DNA of 55,340 nucleotides from an uncultured Helicobacteraceae bacterium (GCA_937973585.1 CALJKN010000221.1:1-55340); one strand, 5' to 3'. Shown: positions 1 to 8,331, counted from the stretch's first letter. Notes: generated by a model from the sequence alone, not told the origin. Numbers and translations: made by a program.

Positions 1-1
1 C

Positions 2-778
2 TCTCAGAAGAAAAATATAGCCGAAGCGTCATATAGGGCCGCAAAAAAGAAGTTTGAAAGCGGACGTATATCAAATATGGAGCTTGCTAGATTTGATGCC
101 GAGCTCTCTCAAAGCGAGATAGATTTCTCATCTGCCTCGGCGCAAAAAGAAGAGCTACATCACGCCTTGTCTCATATGGTATTGTCGCACGACGAGATTG
201 TGATAACGGACCTTGGATTTGTATTTTATAAAAATCTGGAGGAGAAGCTTGGGGGTTTTGCGAAAGAGTCTTTGCAGCTTAAAGAGCTAGAGGCAAAAAA
301 ACAAGAGCTAGAGGCTGAGATTGGGACATACAAATATGCCCTTGTGGACAAAGTAGAGTTCGGTATCGGTTACACAAAAGAGGCTGCTCAAAGAAGTGTT
401 GATTTTAGGGCTTCATTTCCGCTCAATATAACCGGAAAAAATGAAAATATGAAGGCTTCGGCAAGAGCCAAGCTTTTTGCTATAACAAAAAAACAAAAAA
501 TCATACAAGATACGCTAACTATGATGGCAAAAGCGGAGACGCAAAGACTGCGAGAGCTTGAAAAGAAGATATCTGTATCCACGCAAAGCGAGCGTCTATA
601 TAAATCCGTATTTGATATGACCGCAAAAGGTTATGAAAACGGCGTTGTCTCGGTATTTGAATATCTAAACGCAAAAAACGGATATTTTGATGCTTTGGCA
701 AAAACAATAACTTACAAAAAAGAGTATGTCGAAGAAATAGCCAAGCTTGAAAAGGTCTTTACCGGAGTGATTAAATGA
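2..778 (+). CDS. Outer-membrane efflux factor (TolC/CzcC-like OEP family), 5'-truncated by the window edge
   Basis: The frame is open from nt 2; the track only begins at the first Met (nt 77). The sequence is OEP-like and coiled-coil (AEASYRAAKKKFESGRISNMELARFDAEL). The stop overlaps the adaptor start (ATGA at 775-778). It is first in a C-B-A efflux gene order. Confidence 0.7.
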   Translation, partial: SQKKNIAEASYRAAKKKFESGRISNMELARFDAELSQSEIDFSSASAQKEELHHALSHMVLSHDEIVITDLGFVFYKNLEEKLGGFAKESLQLKELEAKKQELEAEIGTYKYALVDKVEFGIGYTKEAAQRSVDFRASFPLNITGKNENMKASARAKLFAITKKQKIIQDTLTMMAKAETQRLRELEKKISVSTQSERLYKSVFDMTAKGYENGVVSVFEYLNAKNGYFDALAKTITYKKEYVEEIAKLEKVFTGVIK

Positions 779-1821
779 AAAAATTTATCGTATTTGCCTT
801 CATGGCTGCAAGTTTATTTGCGGATATAAAAATGAGCGATTCCGAGATGAAAAAGATGGGGATAGCTCTAAAAACCGCCGTTTTGGTCAATAGCGAAACC
901 GTCGGTCCTTTTGTCGGGAGTTTTGACTTTGACGACAGCAAGAGCAAGAACTACATATTGCCCTCTGACGGGGTCGTCGTAAGAAGCGTGAAAATGGCCG
1001 GAGATACCGTCAAAAAAGGTGACGTGCTATGTATCATATCGTCCGCAGAACTTGCTGCAAACGGATTTGAGCTAAGAGAGGCTAGGTCAAGGCTAAAAAT
1101 ACTAGACGCAAACGCAAAAAAAGATGAAGCGTTATATAAAGACGGCGTCATATCGCAAAGAGAGTATCAAAAGAGCGCATTCGAAGCCTCAATGCTAGCC
1201 TCCAGGGTAGCAGAACTTGAAAGTAGATTTTCGGTGGCGGGAGTCAGCTCAAGCAGTGACGGGATGTTTGCCGTCAAAGCCAAAACCTCCGGCGTGCTCT
1301 CTTTGGCCCCTAAGAAAGCAGGGCAAAAAATAGAACCGTTTATCCCATATCTGAAAATATCAGAATCATCATCTCTTGCGGCCTACATCAAGATACCTCC
1401 GACCCAACTTGTAAACATCAAAAAAGGGGCTATCGTAACAGATAGGACTTCAAATAAGATTGGTGTTTTGATTGCGGTTTCCGGCGGGGTGGATGAAACT
1501 ACGAATTCCGCGGGGGCCGTCGCCAAGATAACGGCTAAAAACGAAAGTTTCAGAGCCGGCACGGCTTACGAATTTTTCATCTCAACCCCTAAGGCGAAAA
1601 GCCTAATGATGCTCCCTAGATCTTCTGTTACAAAATACAAAAATACAGACGTATGTTTTATTAGAACAAAAGACGGCTTTGTGCCTAAAAGAGTTTCGGT
1701 GGTCAAAGATACGAAAGACGGTGTTTATATCAAAAACAACGATATAGCGGATGGGGCGAGCGTGGCGGTAGGAGGCATTGTAAATCTAAAAGGCGCTCTA
1801 AGCGGAATGGGTTTTGAGTGA
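775..1821 (+). CDS. RND efflux periplasmic adaptor (membrane fusion protein, CzcB/CusB/HlyD family)
   Basis: 348 aa with an N-terminal signal/anchor (MKKFIVFAFMAASLFA). Has a lipoyl-like hairpin segment (GDTVKKGDVLCII) and a coiled-coil region. Overlaps both neighbours, so it is probably translationally coupled. Confidence 0.8.
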   Translation: MKKFIVFAFMAASLFADIKMSDSEMKKMGIALKTAVLVNSETVGPFVGSFDFDDSKSKNYILPSDGVVVRSVKMAGDTVKKGDVLCIISSAELAANGFELREARSRLKILDANAKKDEALYKDGVISQREYQKSAFEASMLASRVAELESRFSVAGVSSSSDGMFAVKAKTSGVLSLAPKKAGQKIEPFIPYLKISESSSLAAYIKIPPTQLVNIKKGAIVTDRTSNKIGVLIAVSGGVDETTNSAGAVAKITAKNESFRAGTAYEFFISTPKAKSLMMLPRSSVTKYKNTDVCFIRTKDGFVPKRVSVVKDTKDGVYIKNNDIADGASVAVGGIVNLKGALSGMGFE

Positions 1822-4800
1822 TGCTAAATAAAATCATTGAATTTTCGCTAAAGCAGAGAATAGTCGTAATACTCCTGTCCTTGGCTCTTTTTGGCTTTGG
1901 CGTCTACTCTTTTCTTAAGATACCGATAGACGCTTTCCCCGACATATCCTCAACACAGGTAAAAATCATATTAAAAGCTCCGGGCATGGCCCCCGAAGAG
2001 GTCGAGAGCAGGGTGGTGAAGCCTTTGGAGGCTGAGCTTTTGGGGCTTGAAAACCAAAAACTTCTCAAAAGTACCTCCAAATACGGGATAGCCGATATTA
2101 CCATAGATTTTAACGACGGTACGGACATATACAGAGCAAGGGCGCAAGTCTCCGAAAAACTATCCTCTGCTCTATCTTCGTTGCCAAAGAGCGTCACTGG
2201 TGGCATGGCCCCTATTACTACGCCGCTTGGCGAAGCTTTTATGTTTACCGTCGAGGGCAATATAAGCCAAAAACAAAAAAGAGAATTGCTTGATTTTGTC
2301 ATAAGGCCCGCCCTCAGGGGCGCAAAAGGTGTCGCCGATGTCAATTCGCTAGGCGGAGAAGCTAGGGCGATAGTCGTCGAGCCGGACTTTGCCGCTATGA
2401 GAAAGCTCGGCGTTACAGTAAGCGCACTTGAAGAAGCTTTGCAGGCAAACCTTTCCAATGACGGAGCCGGCAGGGTGACAAAAGACGAAGAGGGGTTTTT
2501 GGTAAAAGTCGAGAGTGGAGTCAAAAGTCCATCAGAGATAGCCAATATAACGATACATTCGCACAACGGACTTTTGCGTATAGGCGATTTTTGCCAAGTT
2601 GCCGACGATTCGCTAACCAGAATGGGTTTTGTCACAAAAAACGGAGAGGGTGAGGCAACGCAGGGGCTTGTGCTTACTCTCAAAGGGGCTAACGCAAAAG
2701 AGACTATAGGTGAAATCAAGATAATTCTAGAAAACCTCAAATCATCGCTACCGAAAGGCGTCTACATAGAGCCTTTTTATGATAGGAGTCATCTGACCGA
2801 ACAGGCCGTGAATACAGTCTCGAAAGCACTTTTAGAAGCCGTTGTTTTGGTAGTAGTGCTACTCCTTTTATTTCTAGGGGATATTAGAGCGGCCGTAGCG
2901 GTGAGTATTATTTTGCCGCTATCTCTTGCTTTCGCGTTTGTGATGATGAAGTACTTTGGAATTACTGCCAACTTGATGAGCCTTGGAGGTCTGGCCATAG
3001 CTGTCGGTATGTTGGTCGACTCGGCGGTGGTTATGGTCGAAAACTCTTTTTCCAGGCTCGACTCAAAAGATGCTAAATTGCCGAAACTTCATCTTGTTTA
3101 TAGAGCGTCAAAAGAGGTTAGCTCTGCAGTATTTAGCGGTATTTTAATTATAGCCATAGTGTTCTTGCCGCTTCTGACGCTAGAGGGGCTTGAAGGGAAG
3201 CTTTTTGCCCCGGTTGCTATGACTATAGTATTTGCCTTGTTTGGTTCTCTAGTGCTCTCTTTGACCGTTATTCCAGTAGCTTGTTCCGTGCTTTTGAAAT
3301 CTGCCGAACACAAAGATACGAAACTCTCAATGTTTTTTAGCAAGGCGTACGAGCCTATGCTTTTCTTTGCGATGAATAAAACAAAAAAACTATTCACTAT
3401 GTCTGTCGTATTTTTGGTATTTAGCTTTGGACTATTCTTTTTTGTCGGTAAGACTTTTATGCCGACGCTTGACGAGGGTGATTTGATACTTAGCGTTGAG
3501 ACCGTCCCGTCCATATCGCTTGAAAAATCGAAAGAGCTAAATCTGGCAGTCCAAAAAGCAATAAAAGAGAATGTGCCGGAGGTCAAAACTATAGTCGCCC
3601 GCAGCGGTTCGGATGAGCTTGGGCTTGACCCGATGGGTCTAAATCAGACAGATACGTTTATTTCGCTAAAACCGAAAAGCGAGTGGGAAGCAAACGATAA
3701 AGATGAAATAAAAGAGAAAATAAAAAAGGCGCTCTCCGGTTTTGGGGGCATAAGTTTTAGCTTTACGCAGCCCATAGAGATGAGAATATCCGAAATGCTT
3801 ACCGGTTCACGCGGCGATTTGGCTGTAAAAATATACGGAACAGATATACAAAAGCTAAACGAACTCAGCCAAAAAATAGAGGAGATACTTAGCAAAACAA
3901 GCGGTGCTTCGGAGGTGTTTACCACGCTAAACGAGGGTGTTAACTATCTGGTGGTGCAACCAAATAGAATTGAATCCGCAAAAACAGGCGTTAGCACTAC
4001 CGAGCTACAAAAATTTTTAAAAGCATCTGTAGAGGGAATCGGTGTGGATTATGTATCCACTGGCAACTCTAGGATACCGGTTGTCGTCAGAATGGATAAA
4101 AACATATCAAACGATCCGCAGCTCTTTCGGGCGCTAGAGGTTCCTCTTGAAGATGGATTGTCGGTACCTATATCGAGCATAGCAGATATAAGGGAGGTAG
4201 AGGGGCCGGTCAAGATAGACAGGGAAAATATGCAAAGGGTGAGCGTCGTACGTGCAAATGTAGAAGGGAGAGATCTGGTGGGGTTTGTCGAAGATGCGAA
4301 ACACCAAATAGCCTCACAAATAAAGCTTCCGCACGGGTATAAAATAGAATACGGCGGACAGTTTGAAAATCAGCAAAGAGCCTCCGCAAAACTAATGACA
4401 GTAATTCCGATAAGTATTGCGGTTATATTTATGATTTTGTTCTTTACGTTTAGGTCGGTGCCGATAACTTTGCTTATTTTGCTCAACATACCTTTTGCGG
4501 TTACGGGCGGAATCATATCGCTGTTTGTATCGGGAGAATATCTTTCCGTACCGGCTTCGGTGGGCTTTATCGCTTTATTTGGTATAGCCGTGCTTAACGG
4601 TGTCGTTATGGTGAGCTATTTTTTATCTTTACTATCAGAGGGCTACTCCATAGACGATGCGGTCAAAGAGGGCGCAAAAAGAAGGCTTAGACCTGTTCTG
4701 ATGACAGCTTTTATAGCGGCTCTAGGGCTCTTGCCGCTACTTTTTGCCTCGGGCGTGGGAAGCGAGATACAAAAGCCTTTGGCGACCGTAGTTTTGGGCG

Positions 4801-4889
4801 GACTAGTGACATCGACCGCCCTGACTTTGCTGATATTACCGCCGGCATTTAGAATGCTTTACAACAGAGGGGTAAAAAACAATGGATAA
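1818..4889 (+). CDS. Heavy-metal efflux RND transporter, CzcA/CusA (HME) family
   Basis: 1023 aa with a typical HME-RND N-terminus (MLNKIIEFSLKQRIVV) and 12-TM architecture with two large periplasmic loops. The track starts at GTG 1818; ATG 1821 is the more likely start. Confidence 0.92.
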   Translation: MMLNKIIEFSLKQRIVVILLSLALFGFGVYSFLKIPIDAFPDISSTQVKIILKAPGMAPEEVESRVVKPLEAELLGLENQKLLKSTSKYGIADITIDFNDGTDIYRARAQVSEKLSSALSSLPKSVTGGMAPITTPLGEAFMFTVEGNISQKQKRELLDFVIRPALRGAKGVADVNSLGGEARAIVVEPDFAAMRKLGVTVSALEEALQANLSNDGAGRVTKDEEGFLVKVESGVKSPSEIANITIHSHNGLLRIGDFCQVADDSLTRMGFVTKNGEGEATQGLVLTLKGANAKETIGEIKIILENLKSSLPKGVYIEPFYDRSHLTEQAVNTVSKALLEAVVLVVVLLLLFLGDIRAAVAVSIILPLSLAFAFVMMKYFGITANLMSLGGLAIAVGMLVDSAVVMVENSFSRLDSKDAKLPKLHLVYRASKEVSSAVFSGILIIAIVFLPLLTLEGLEGKLFAPVAMTIVFALFGSLVLSLTVIPVACSVLLKSAEHKDTKLSMFFSKAYEPMLFFAMNKTKKLFTMSVVFLVFSFGLFFFVGKTFMPTLDEGDLILSVETVPSISLEKSKELNLAVQKAIKENVPEVKTIVARSGSDELGLDPMGLNQTDTFISLKPKSEWEANDKDEIKEKIKKALSGFGGISFSFTQPIEMRISEMLTGSRGDLAVKIYGTDIQKLNELSQKIEEILSKTSGASEVFTTLNEGVNYLVVQPNRIESAKTGVSTTELQKFLKASVEGIGVDYVSTGNSRIPVVVRMDKNISNDPQLFRALEVPLEDGLSVPISSIADIREVEGPVKIDRENMQRVSVVRANVEGRDLVGFVEDAKHQIASQIKLPHGYKIEYGGQFENQQRASAKLMTVIPISIAVIFMILFFTFRSVPITLLILLNIPFAVTGGIISLFVSGEYLSVPASVGFIALFGIAVLNGVVMVSYFLSLLSEGYSIDDAVKEGAKRRLRPVLMTAFIAALGLLPLLFASGVGSEIQKPLATVVLGGLVTSTALTLLILPPAFRMLYNRGVKNNG

Positions 4890-5172
4890 AAAAATCGTTG
4901 ATTTGTATTTTAACGCCGATATCAAAGATTTATTAGTCGATTTTTTACTTGAAAACGAGATTTCCGACTTTTATTATTTTGACTGCAAGAGGTACTCTAT
5001 GGCATCGCTTCTCAGAAGCGACAAGGAGAAGGTGAGCGGAAGGGTTGATTTTGGGATGTTTCGAATTTTTGTAGATTTTGCCGTTTTTGATGGTTTTTTC
5101 GAGACAATAAAAGGGAAGTTTACGAAAGAGGATGTCAGGATGTTCGTTTATGACGCCCAGAGGCTCTTTTAG
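4882..5172 (+). CDS. Small cytoplasmic protein, probable DUF3240 / P-II-like fold accessory of HME-RND operons
   Basis: 96 aa. The start overlaps the czcA stop by 8 nt, and the stop is followed directly by the response-regulator ATG at 5173. The family assignment is from memory of the context (small ORF after czcA), not from a search. Confidence 0.4.
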   Translation: MDKKIVDLYFNADIKDLLVDFLLENEISDFYYFDCKRYSMASLLRSDKEKVSGRVDFGMFRIFVDFAVFDGFFETIKGKFTKEDVRMFVYDAQRLF

Positions 5173-5820
5173 ATGAGGATTTTGATAGCGGACGACGAAA
5201 AAGAGTTGTTATTTTTGTTGTCGGTCTCATTGAAAAACGATTTTATAGTAGATACTGCTTCGGATGCCGATGAGGCGAAGGCCTGTCTCGATGCGTTTTG
5301 TTATCAGGTTGCCGTATTTGATAGGACATTTCACGGCGTCGATATGGCAAGGGAACTCGTGGCGTACTCAAAAAAGAAAAATCCAAACTGCGGGGTTTTG
5401 ATACTCAGCGCCCTTGGTAGTGTAGACGATAAAGTGGAAGGACTATTTTTTGGGGCTGACGACTATCTTGAAAAGCCGTTTGATACGAAAGAGTTGAAAG
5501 CCAGAATCATAGCGCTAGCCAGAAGATATGCGGTAAAAAGCGTAAAAATAGACGACATAGAGATCGATATATCATCAAAAAACGTGCTAAAAGGCGGCAA
5601 AAGTATCTCTCTGAGCAAAAACGAAGATGCTTTGTTATTTTATCTATTGTCAAAAAACGGTCAAATAGCGTCAAGAGAAGAGATTATGGATGCAATATAC
5701 GAAAACCCTCAAGATAAGATGCAAAACACTATTGATGAACTGGTGGCAAGGGTCAGGAAAAAACTATCTTCAAATGTTATAAAAACGGTAAAAACAAGGG
5801 GTTTCGTAATTGAGATTTAA
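5173..5820 (+). CDS. OmpR/PhoB-family response regulator
   Basis: Receiver domain with acidic pocket (IADDE), candidate phospho-Asp (AVFDRTF) and conserved Lys (LEKPF). C-terminal winged-helix region (TIDELVARVRKKL...VKTRGFVI). Confidence 0.9.
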   Translation: MRILIADDEKELLFLLSVSLKNDFIVDTASDADEAKACLDAFCYQVAVFDRTFHGVDMARELVAYSKKKNPNCGVLILSALGSVDDKVEGLFFGADDYLEKPFDTKELKARIIALARRYAVKSVKIDDIEIDISSKNVLKGGKSISLSKNEDALLFYLLSKNGQIASREEIMDAIYENPQDKMQNTIDELVARVRKKLSSNVIKTVKTRGFVIEI

Positions 5821-7015
5821 TCCTGTCGCCTCACTAAGGGGTAAAATAGCGATTTTGATTTTTGTCATAATCGGATGCGGTTTTGCCCTCAATCTAGCTA
5901 TTGCCATACATACGCTAAGAGCCGAAAAGATAAATGATTTAAGGAAAGTATTATCTCACGCAATGGAGGAAACCAGAGACGAGTATCTCCCGTCGAATCC
6001 GGACGATAAGCTTGATTTGTCGTATCTGTATGAAGTCCCGCACAATATCTCTATATTCGGTGATTCGGAGGTTGATTCGCTCAAAATCTCAATCTCTAAA
6101 ACCCCTCATGTGCCGCTTGAAAATGAAATCGCCGAGTATATCAGGCTTGACAACGGCAACTATCTAAATTTTGTAAGCTTGGACGCAAAAATAAATGCCT
6201 CGCTTATAAAATACTCTGAAAAGCTATTGCTAAAATATGTTGTTTTTTTGGTTGTTATGTTGATTGTTAGCATTTTGGTTTTGAGAAAACTCATGGCTCC
6301 GCTAAAAGATATAGCCGCAAAATGTAGAGACTATAAAGACGGAGGAGCTTTTTTGAGTGGCACCGAATCATATCCAAGTGAGATAAATTCGGTATCAAAT
6401 GCCTTTAATGCACTTGTCGGAAGATTGGAGGGGTATAGAAAAAAAGAAAAAGAGCTGTTTAGAGAAGCTGCTCATGAGCTAAAGACTCCCCTAGCCATTA
6501 TGCGTGCAAGGCTAGATGTATACGAAGGCGATGAAGCATATCAAAAAAGTAAGTTTGTTGCCGAATTTTCATCTGATTTGGAGCGTCTATCTTCTGAGCT
6601 CAAAAATGTATTATTTTTTGAGACCTCTGACTTCGAGGATAACGAAGAGTTTAATATGTGTAGCCTGATTCTTGAAACGGTCGGCAGGATAGATGTGCTG
6701 GCAAGCGGACGTAATATTAATATTGAGCCGAAATGCGAAACTATGTTTGTGGATACGAAGAAAAAAATGTTTCGCAAGCTTTTTGCGGCATTGCTTGAAA
6801 ATGCCGTCACGTATGCCAAGGAGGGCAGTAAAATCGAAATAACGCTAAATCAAAGCGAACGGACGCTCGGTATCAAAAACCAAAAAGGTGGAGAGAAATA
6901 TATGTTCAGCTCCAAGATTGGCGAAAGAATACTAAAAAGGGTATCCTCGGAGCTTGGGTTTTTGTATGAAATTAGCGATGCAGACGGATATTATGAGGTA
7001 AACTTACGGTTTTAA
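5810..7015 (+). CDS. Sensor histidine kinase (two TM segments, HisKA H-box, atypical HATPase)
   Basis: TTG start overlapping the RR stop. H-box AAHELKTPLAIM and N-box LLENAVTYA are present. The G1/G2 boxes look degenerate (GIKNQKGG, SKIGERIL). Confidence 0.85.
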   Translation: MRFNPVASLRGKIAILIFVIIGCGFALNLAIAIHTLRAEKINDLRKVLSHAMEETRDEYLPSNPDDKLDLSYLYEVPHNISIFGDSEVDSLKISISKTPHVPLENEIAEYIRLDNGNYLNFVSLDAKINASLIKYSEKLLLKYVVFLVVMLIVSILVLRKLMAPLKDIAAKCRDYKDGGAFLSGTESYPSEINSVSNAFNALVGRLEGYRKKEKELFREAAHELKTPLAIMRARLDVYEGDEAYQKSKFVAEFSSDLERLSSELKNVLFFETSDFEDNEEFNMCSLILETVGRIDVLASGRNINIEPKCETMFVDTKKKMFRKLFAALLENAVTYAKEGSKIEITLNQSERTLGIKNQKGGEKYMFSSKIGERILKRVSSELGFLYEISDADGYYEVNLRF

Positions 7016-7052
7016 TAAAGGGGTTTGTGATGCAAGTCAGGGTTTATTACGA
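7014..7052 (+). repeat. Left copy of a perfect 39-bp direct repeat (aataaaggggtttgtgatgcaagtcagggtttattacga)
   Basis: Identical by eye, base for base, to 8332-8370. Covers the last 2 nt of the kinase stop codon, the RBS and the first codons of ybgC. Confidence 0.95.
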
Positions 7053-7086
7053 TTTGTCGTATAAATTTTTATCCTCGATAGAATAA
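7030..7086 (+). pseudogene. Duplicated 5' stub of ybgC (MQVRVYYD then unrelated residues and a stop)
   Basis: The first 8 codons are identical to the ybgC start at 8348. Sequence diverges after nt 7052 and terminates at a TAA ending at 7086. Confidence 0.7.
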
Positions 7087-7250
7087 GGCTCCGCTGCCTC
7101 TCTCTTCCTTTTAAAAATCAATTTTTTACTTAGATTTGGCACACGGTTTTGGCACACAGAACCGTCTTTTTTTACGCCAAAAACATCAAAAACCAAACTA
7201 TATCTATTTTTGTTAGCAGTAATACAGCAATCCTCAAAGCTCATATTCAT
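7047..7250 (-). CDS. Hypothetical 67-aa ORF inside the insert (possibly non-coding or a gene remnant)
   Basis: Supported only by the ORF track. It has a basic C-terminus (KKLIFKRKREAAEP), no recognisable motif and no obvious RBS. Confidence 0.15.
   Translation of the reverse strand: MNMSFEDCCITANKNRYSLVFDVFGVKKDGSVCQNRVPNLSKKLIFKRKREAAEPYSIEDKNLYDKS
7143..7173 (+). terminator. Rho-independent terminator-like hairpin inside the insert, downstream of the efflux/TCS operon
   Basis: Stem ACGGTT(tt)/(ag)AACCGT followed by C and a run of 7 T (7167-7173). Confidence 0.5.
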
Positions 7251-7430
7251 CGCTGTTCCGCGACTGTTAGCAGTGTGTTAGCAGGGATTAATAAACACCC
7301 AACCGATTAGTTAATTTCATTAACTAATCTCTCTCATAGGAAGGACTTTGTCCTTACCTTTTTTATAGAGTCCGCCGATGCGGCCTCTCGGTTGCAGAGT
7401 TATGCTCCGGCTTTTAATGAAAAATGGATG

Positions 7431-7459
7431 TTGACAATATTCACCATATTGGTTAATAT
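7431..7459 (+). promoter_or_regulatory. Sigma-70-type promoter of mqsRA (TTGACA - 17 nt - TAATAT)
   Basis: TTGACA at 7431-7436 and TAATAT at 7454-7459. The mqsR ATG at 7466 lies 7 nt after the -10 element with no Shine-Dalgarno between. CAATAT/ATATTG inverted repeats overlap the spacer. Confidence 0.55.
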
Positions 7460-7465
7460 TGCCCA

Positions 7466-7765
7466 ATGGAAAAGAAAAAAGCACACTACGCCCTTGCAAC
7501 AATTCAGTATGCCATAAAACAAACCTCACTCAGAAGAATTACGGTTTCCGCAATGCAGGGTGCTTTTGCGCTTGGCATGGATGAGCAAGATATTGTAGAA
7601 GCGGTTTGTGGTTTGAATTCAAAAGATCTGCACAAATCCATGACAGTGAATGTGGATAATACGATTTGGCAAGATGTCTATAGAACAAAATATAAAGAGT
7701 TTGAACTTTATATAAAACTGCAGCTGGTTGATAAGGCCGTTGTAATCTCTTTTAAGGAGCTGTAA
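7466..7765 (+). CDS. mqsR: Type II toxin MqsR (ribosome-independent mRNA interferase)
   Basis: 99 aa, aligning by eye along its full length with E. coli MqsR. Conserved segments include HKSMT (E. coli YKSMT), TIWQDVYR, LYIKL and the C-terminal VISFKE. Confidence 0.9.
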   Translation: MEKKKAHYALATIQYAIKQTSLRRITVSAMQGAFALGMDEQDIVEAVCGLNSKDLHKSMTVNVDNTIWQDVYRTKYKEFELYIKLQLVDKAVVISFKEL

Positions 7766-7766
7766 A

Positions 7767-8171
7767 ATGAAAAAATGCCCACTATGCAATGGTAAAGTAA
7801 TTAAAAAGAATATACTAACGCCGTATACCTACAAAAACGCCACTATAACAATCAATCAACCGCAAGACTATTGTGAGGCTTGCCGTGAGGGCTTTTTGTC
7901 TCACGAAGATATACAAGCGACAAAGAGAGAACTTTCAGATTTCAAAAGAAAGCAAGATGGTTTATTAAGCTCTGATGAAATACGCAACATTAGAAAAAAA
8001 GCAGGTTTGACGCAAGAAAAGGCGGCAGAAATATTTGGCGGCGGAGTCAGGGCTTTTCATAAATATGAAACCGGAGAGGTTATACAGAGTAAACCTCTAG
8101 ATATTGTCCTAAAGCTTTTGAAGCAAGGTATTGTTGACTTGAATAAAATTGAGAATGTGGCCAGGGCTTAA
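7767..8171 (+). CDS. mqsA: Type II antitoxin MqsA (N-terminal zinc-ribbon plus C-terminal HTH-XRE domain)
   Basis: 134 aa. Zinc ligands CPLC...CEAC. The HTH segment LTQEKAAEIFGGGVRAFHKYE is nearly identical to E. coli MqsA LTQKEAAEIFGGGVNAFSRYE. Gene order is toxin first with a 1-nt gap, as in canonical mqsRA. Confidence 0.92.
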   Translation: MKKCPLCNGKVIKKNILTPYTYKNATITINQPQDYCEACREGFLSHEDIQATKRELSDFKRKQDGLLSSDEIRNIRKKAGLTQEKAAEIFGGGVRAFHKYETGEVIQSKPLDIVLKLLKQGIVDLNKIENVARA

Positions 8172-8255
8172 CGATGTATGATTCGTAATCACTATGACAA
8201 ATTATATGTGCTATATGAATCATTAATATGGCGTGGTAGTTCTAGTTAAGGCGAC

Positions 8256-8281
8256 ATGGCTCAAAAATAGCCATAGTTTTT
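8256..8281 (+). terminator. Weak terminator-like hairpin downstream of mqsA
   Basis: ATGGCT-caaaaat-AGCCAT followed by AGTTTTT. The stem is short and AT-rich. Confidence 0.3.
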
Positions 8282-8331
8282 GTTACGATTTTTGTTACGA
8301 GGGCGATTCTAGCATCGGAGAAGCTCTATAA

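Larger units (their letters stand above)
7053..8331 (+). mobile_element. Inserted accessory cassette (remnant integrative element) carrying an mqsR/mqsA toxin-antitoxin pair; no recombinase gene present
   Basis: Bounded by 39-bp direct repeats that duplicate the target junction. Contains its own promoter, terminator-like hairpins and short repeated motifs near both ends. Confidence 0.6.

Noticed and set aside
1904-2740. Long antisense ORF (278 aa) inside czcA. Similar shadow ORFs occur at 3098-3586, 9901-10407, 12574-13062, 18903-19487, 24120-24566, 31669-32121, 34285-34776 and 53486-53851.
   Set aside because: All lie wholly within confidently identified, highly conserved genes on the opposite strand. 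Their products are low-complexity Ser/Phe/Leu-rich sequences typical of the reverse frame of biased coding sequence, and none has an RBS or recognisable motif.
7137-7158. Two TGGCAC copies (TTGGCACACGGTTTTGGCACACAG) resembling a sigma-54 -24 element.
   Set aside because: The spacing to a TTGC-like -12 element is off by one, and the -12 is TTGG rather than TTGC. No gene lies downstream in that orientation. The sequence is better explained as part of the terminator hairpin at 7143-7173.
7320-7529. 69-aa minus-strand ORF overlapping the mqsR promoter and start.
   Set aside because: It overlaps the confidently assigned mqsR 5' end and the promoter, and it has no motif or RBS. It is most likely spurious.
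8230-8274. tRNA-like 5' half (GGCGTGG-TA-GTTC...; TGGCT-CAAAAAT-AGCCA stem-loop) near the right end of the insert, which could have hinted at a tRNA att site.
   Set aside because: The D-stem does not pair. The would-be anticodon loop lacks the invariant U33. No T-arm (GTTCRANYC) follows. It is probably coincidental, or too decayed to call.
8276-8300. Tandem 12-nt repeats, and the 39-bp direct repeats, considered as a possible CRISPR or mini-array.
   Set aside because: There are only two copies of each, no regular repeat-spacer periodicity, and no cas genes. They are better interpreted as att-type duplication and protein-binding motifs.
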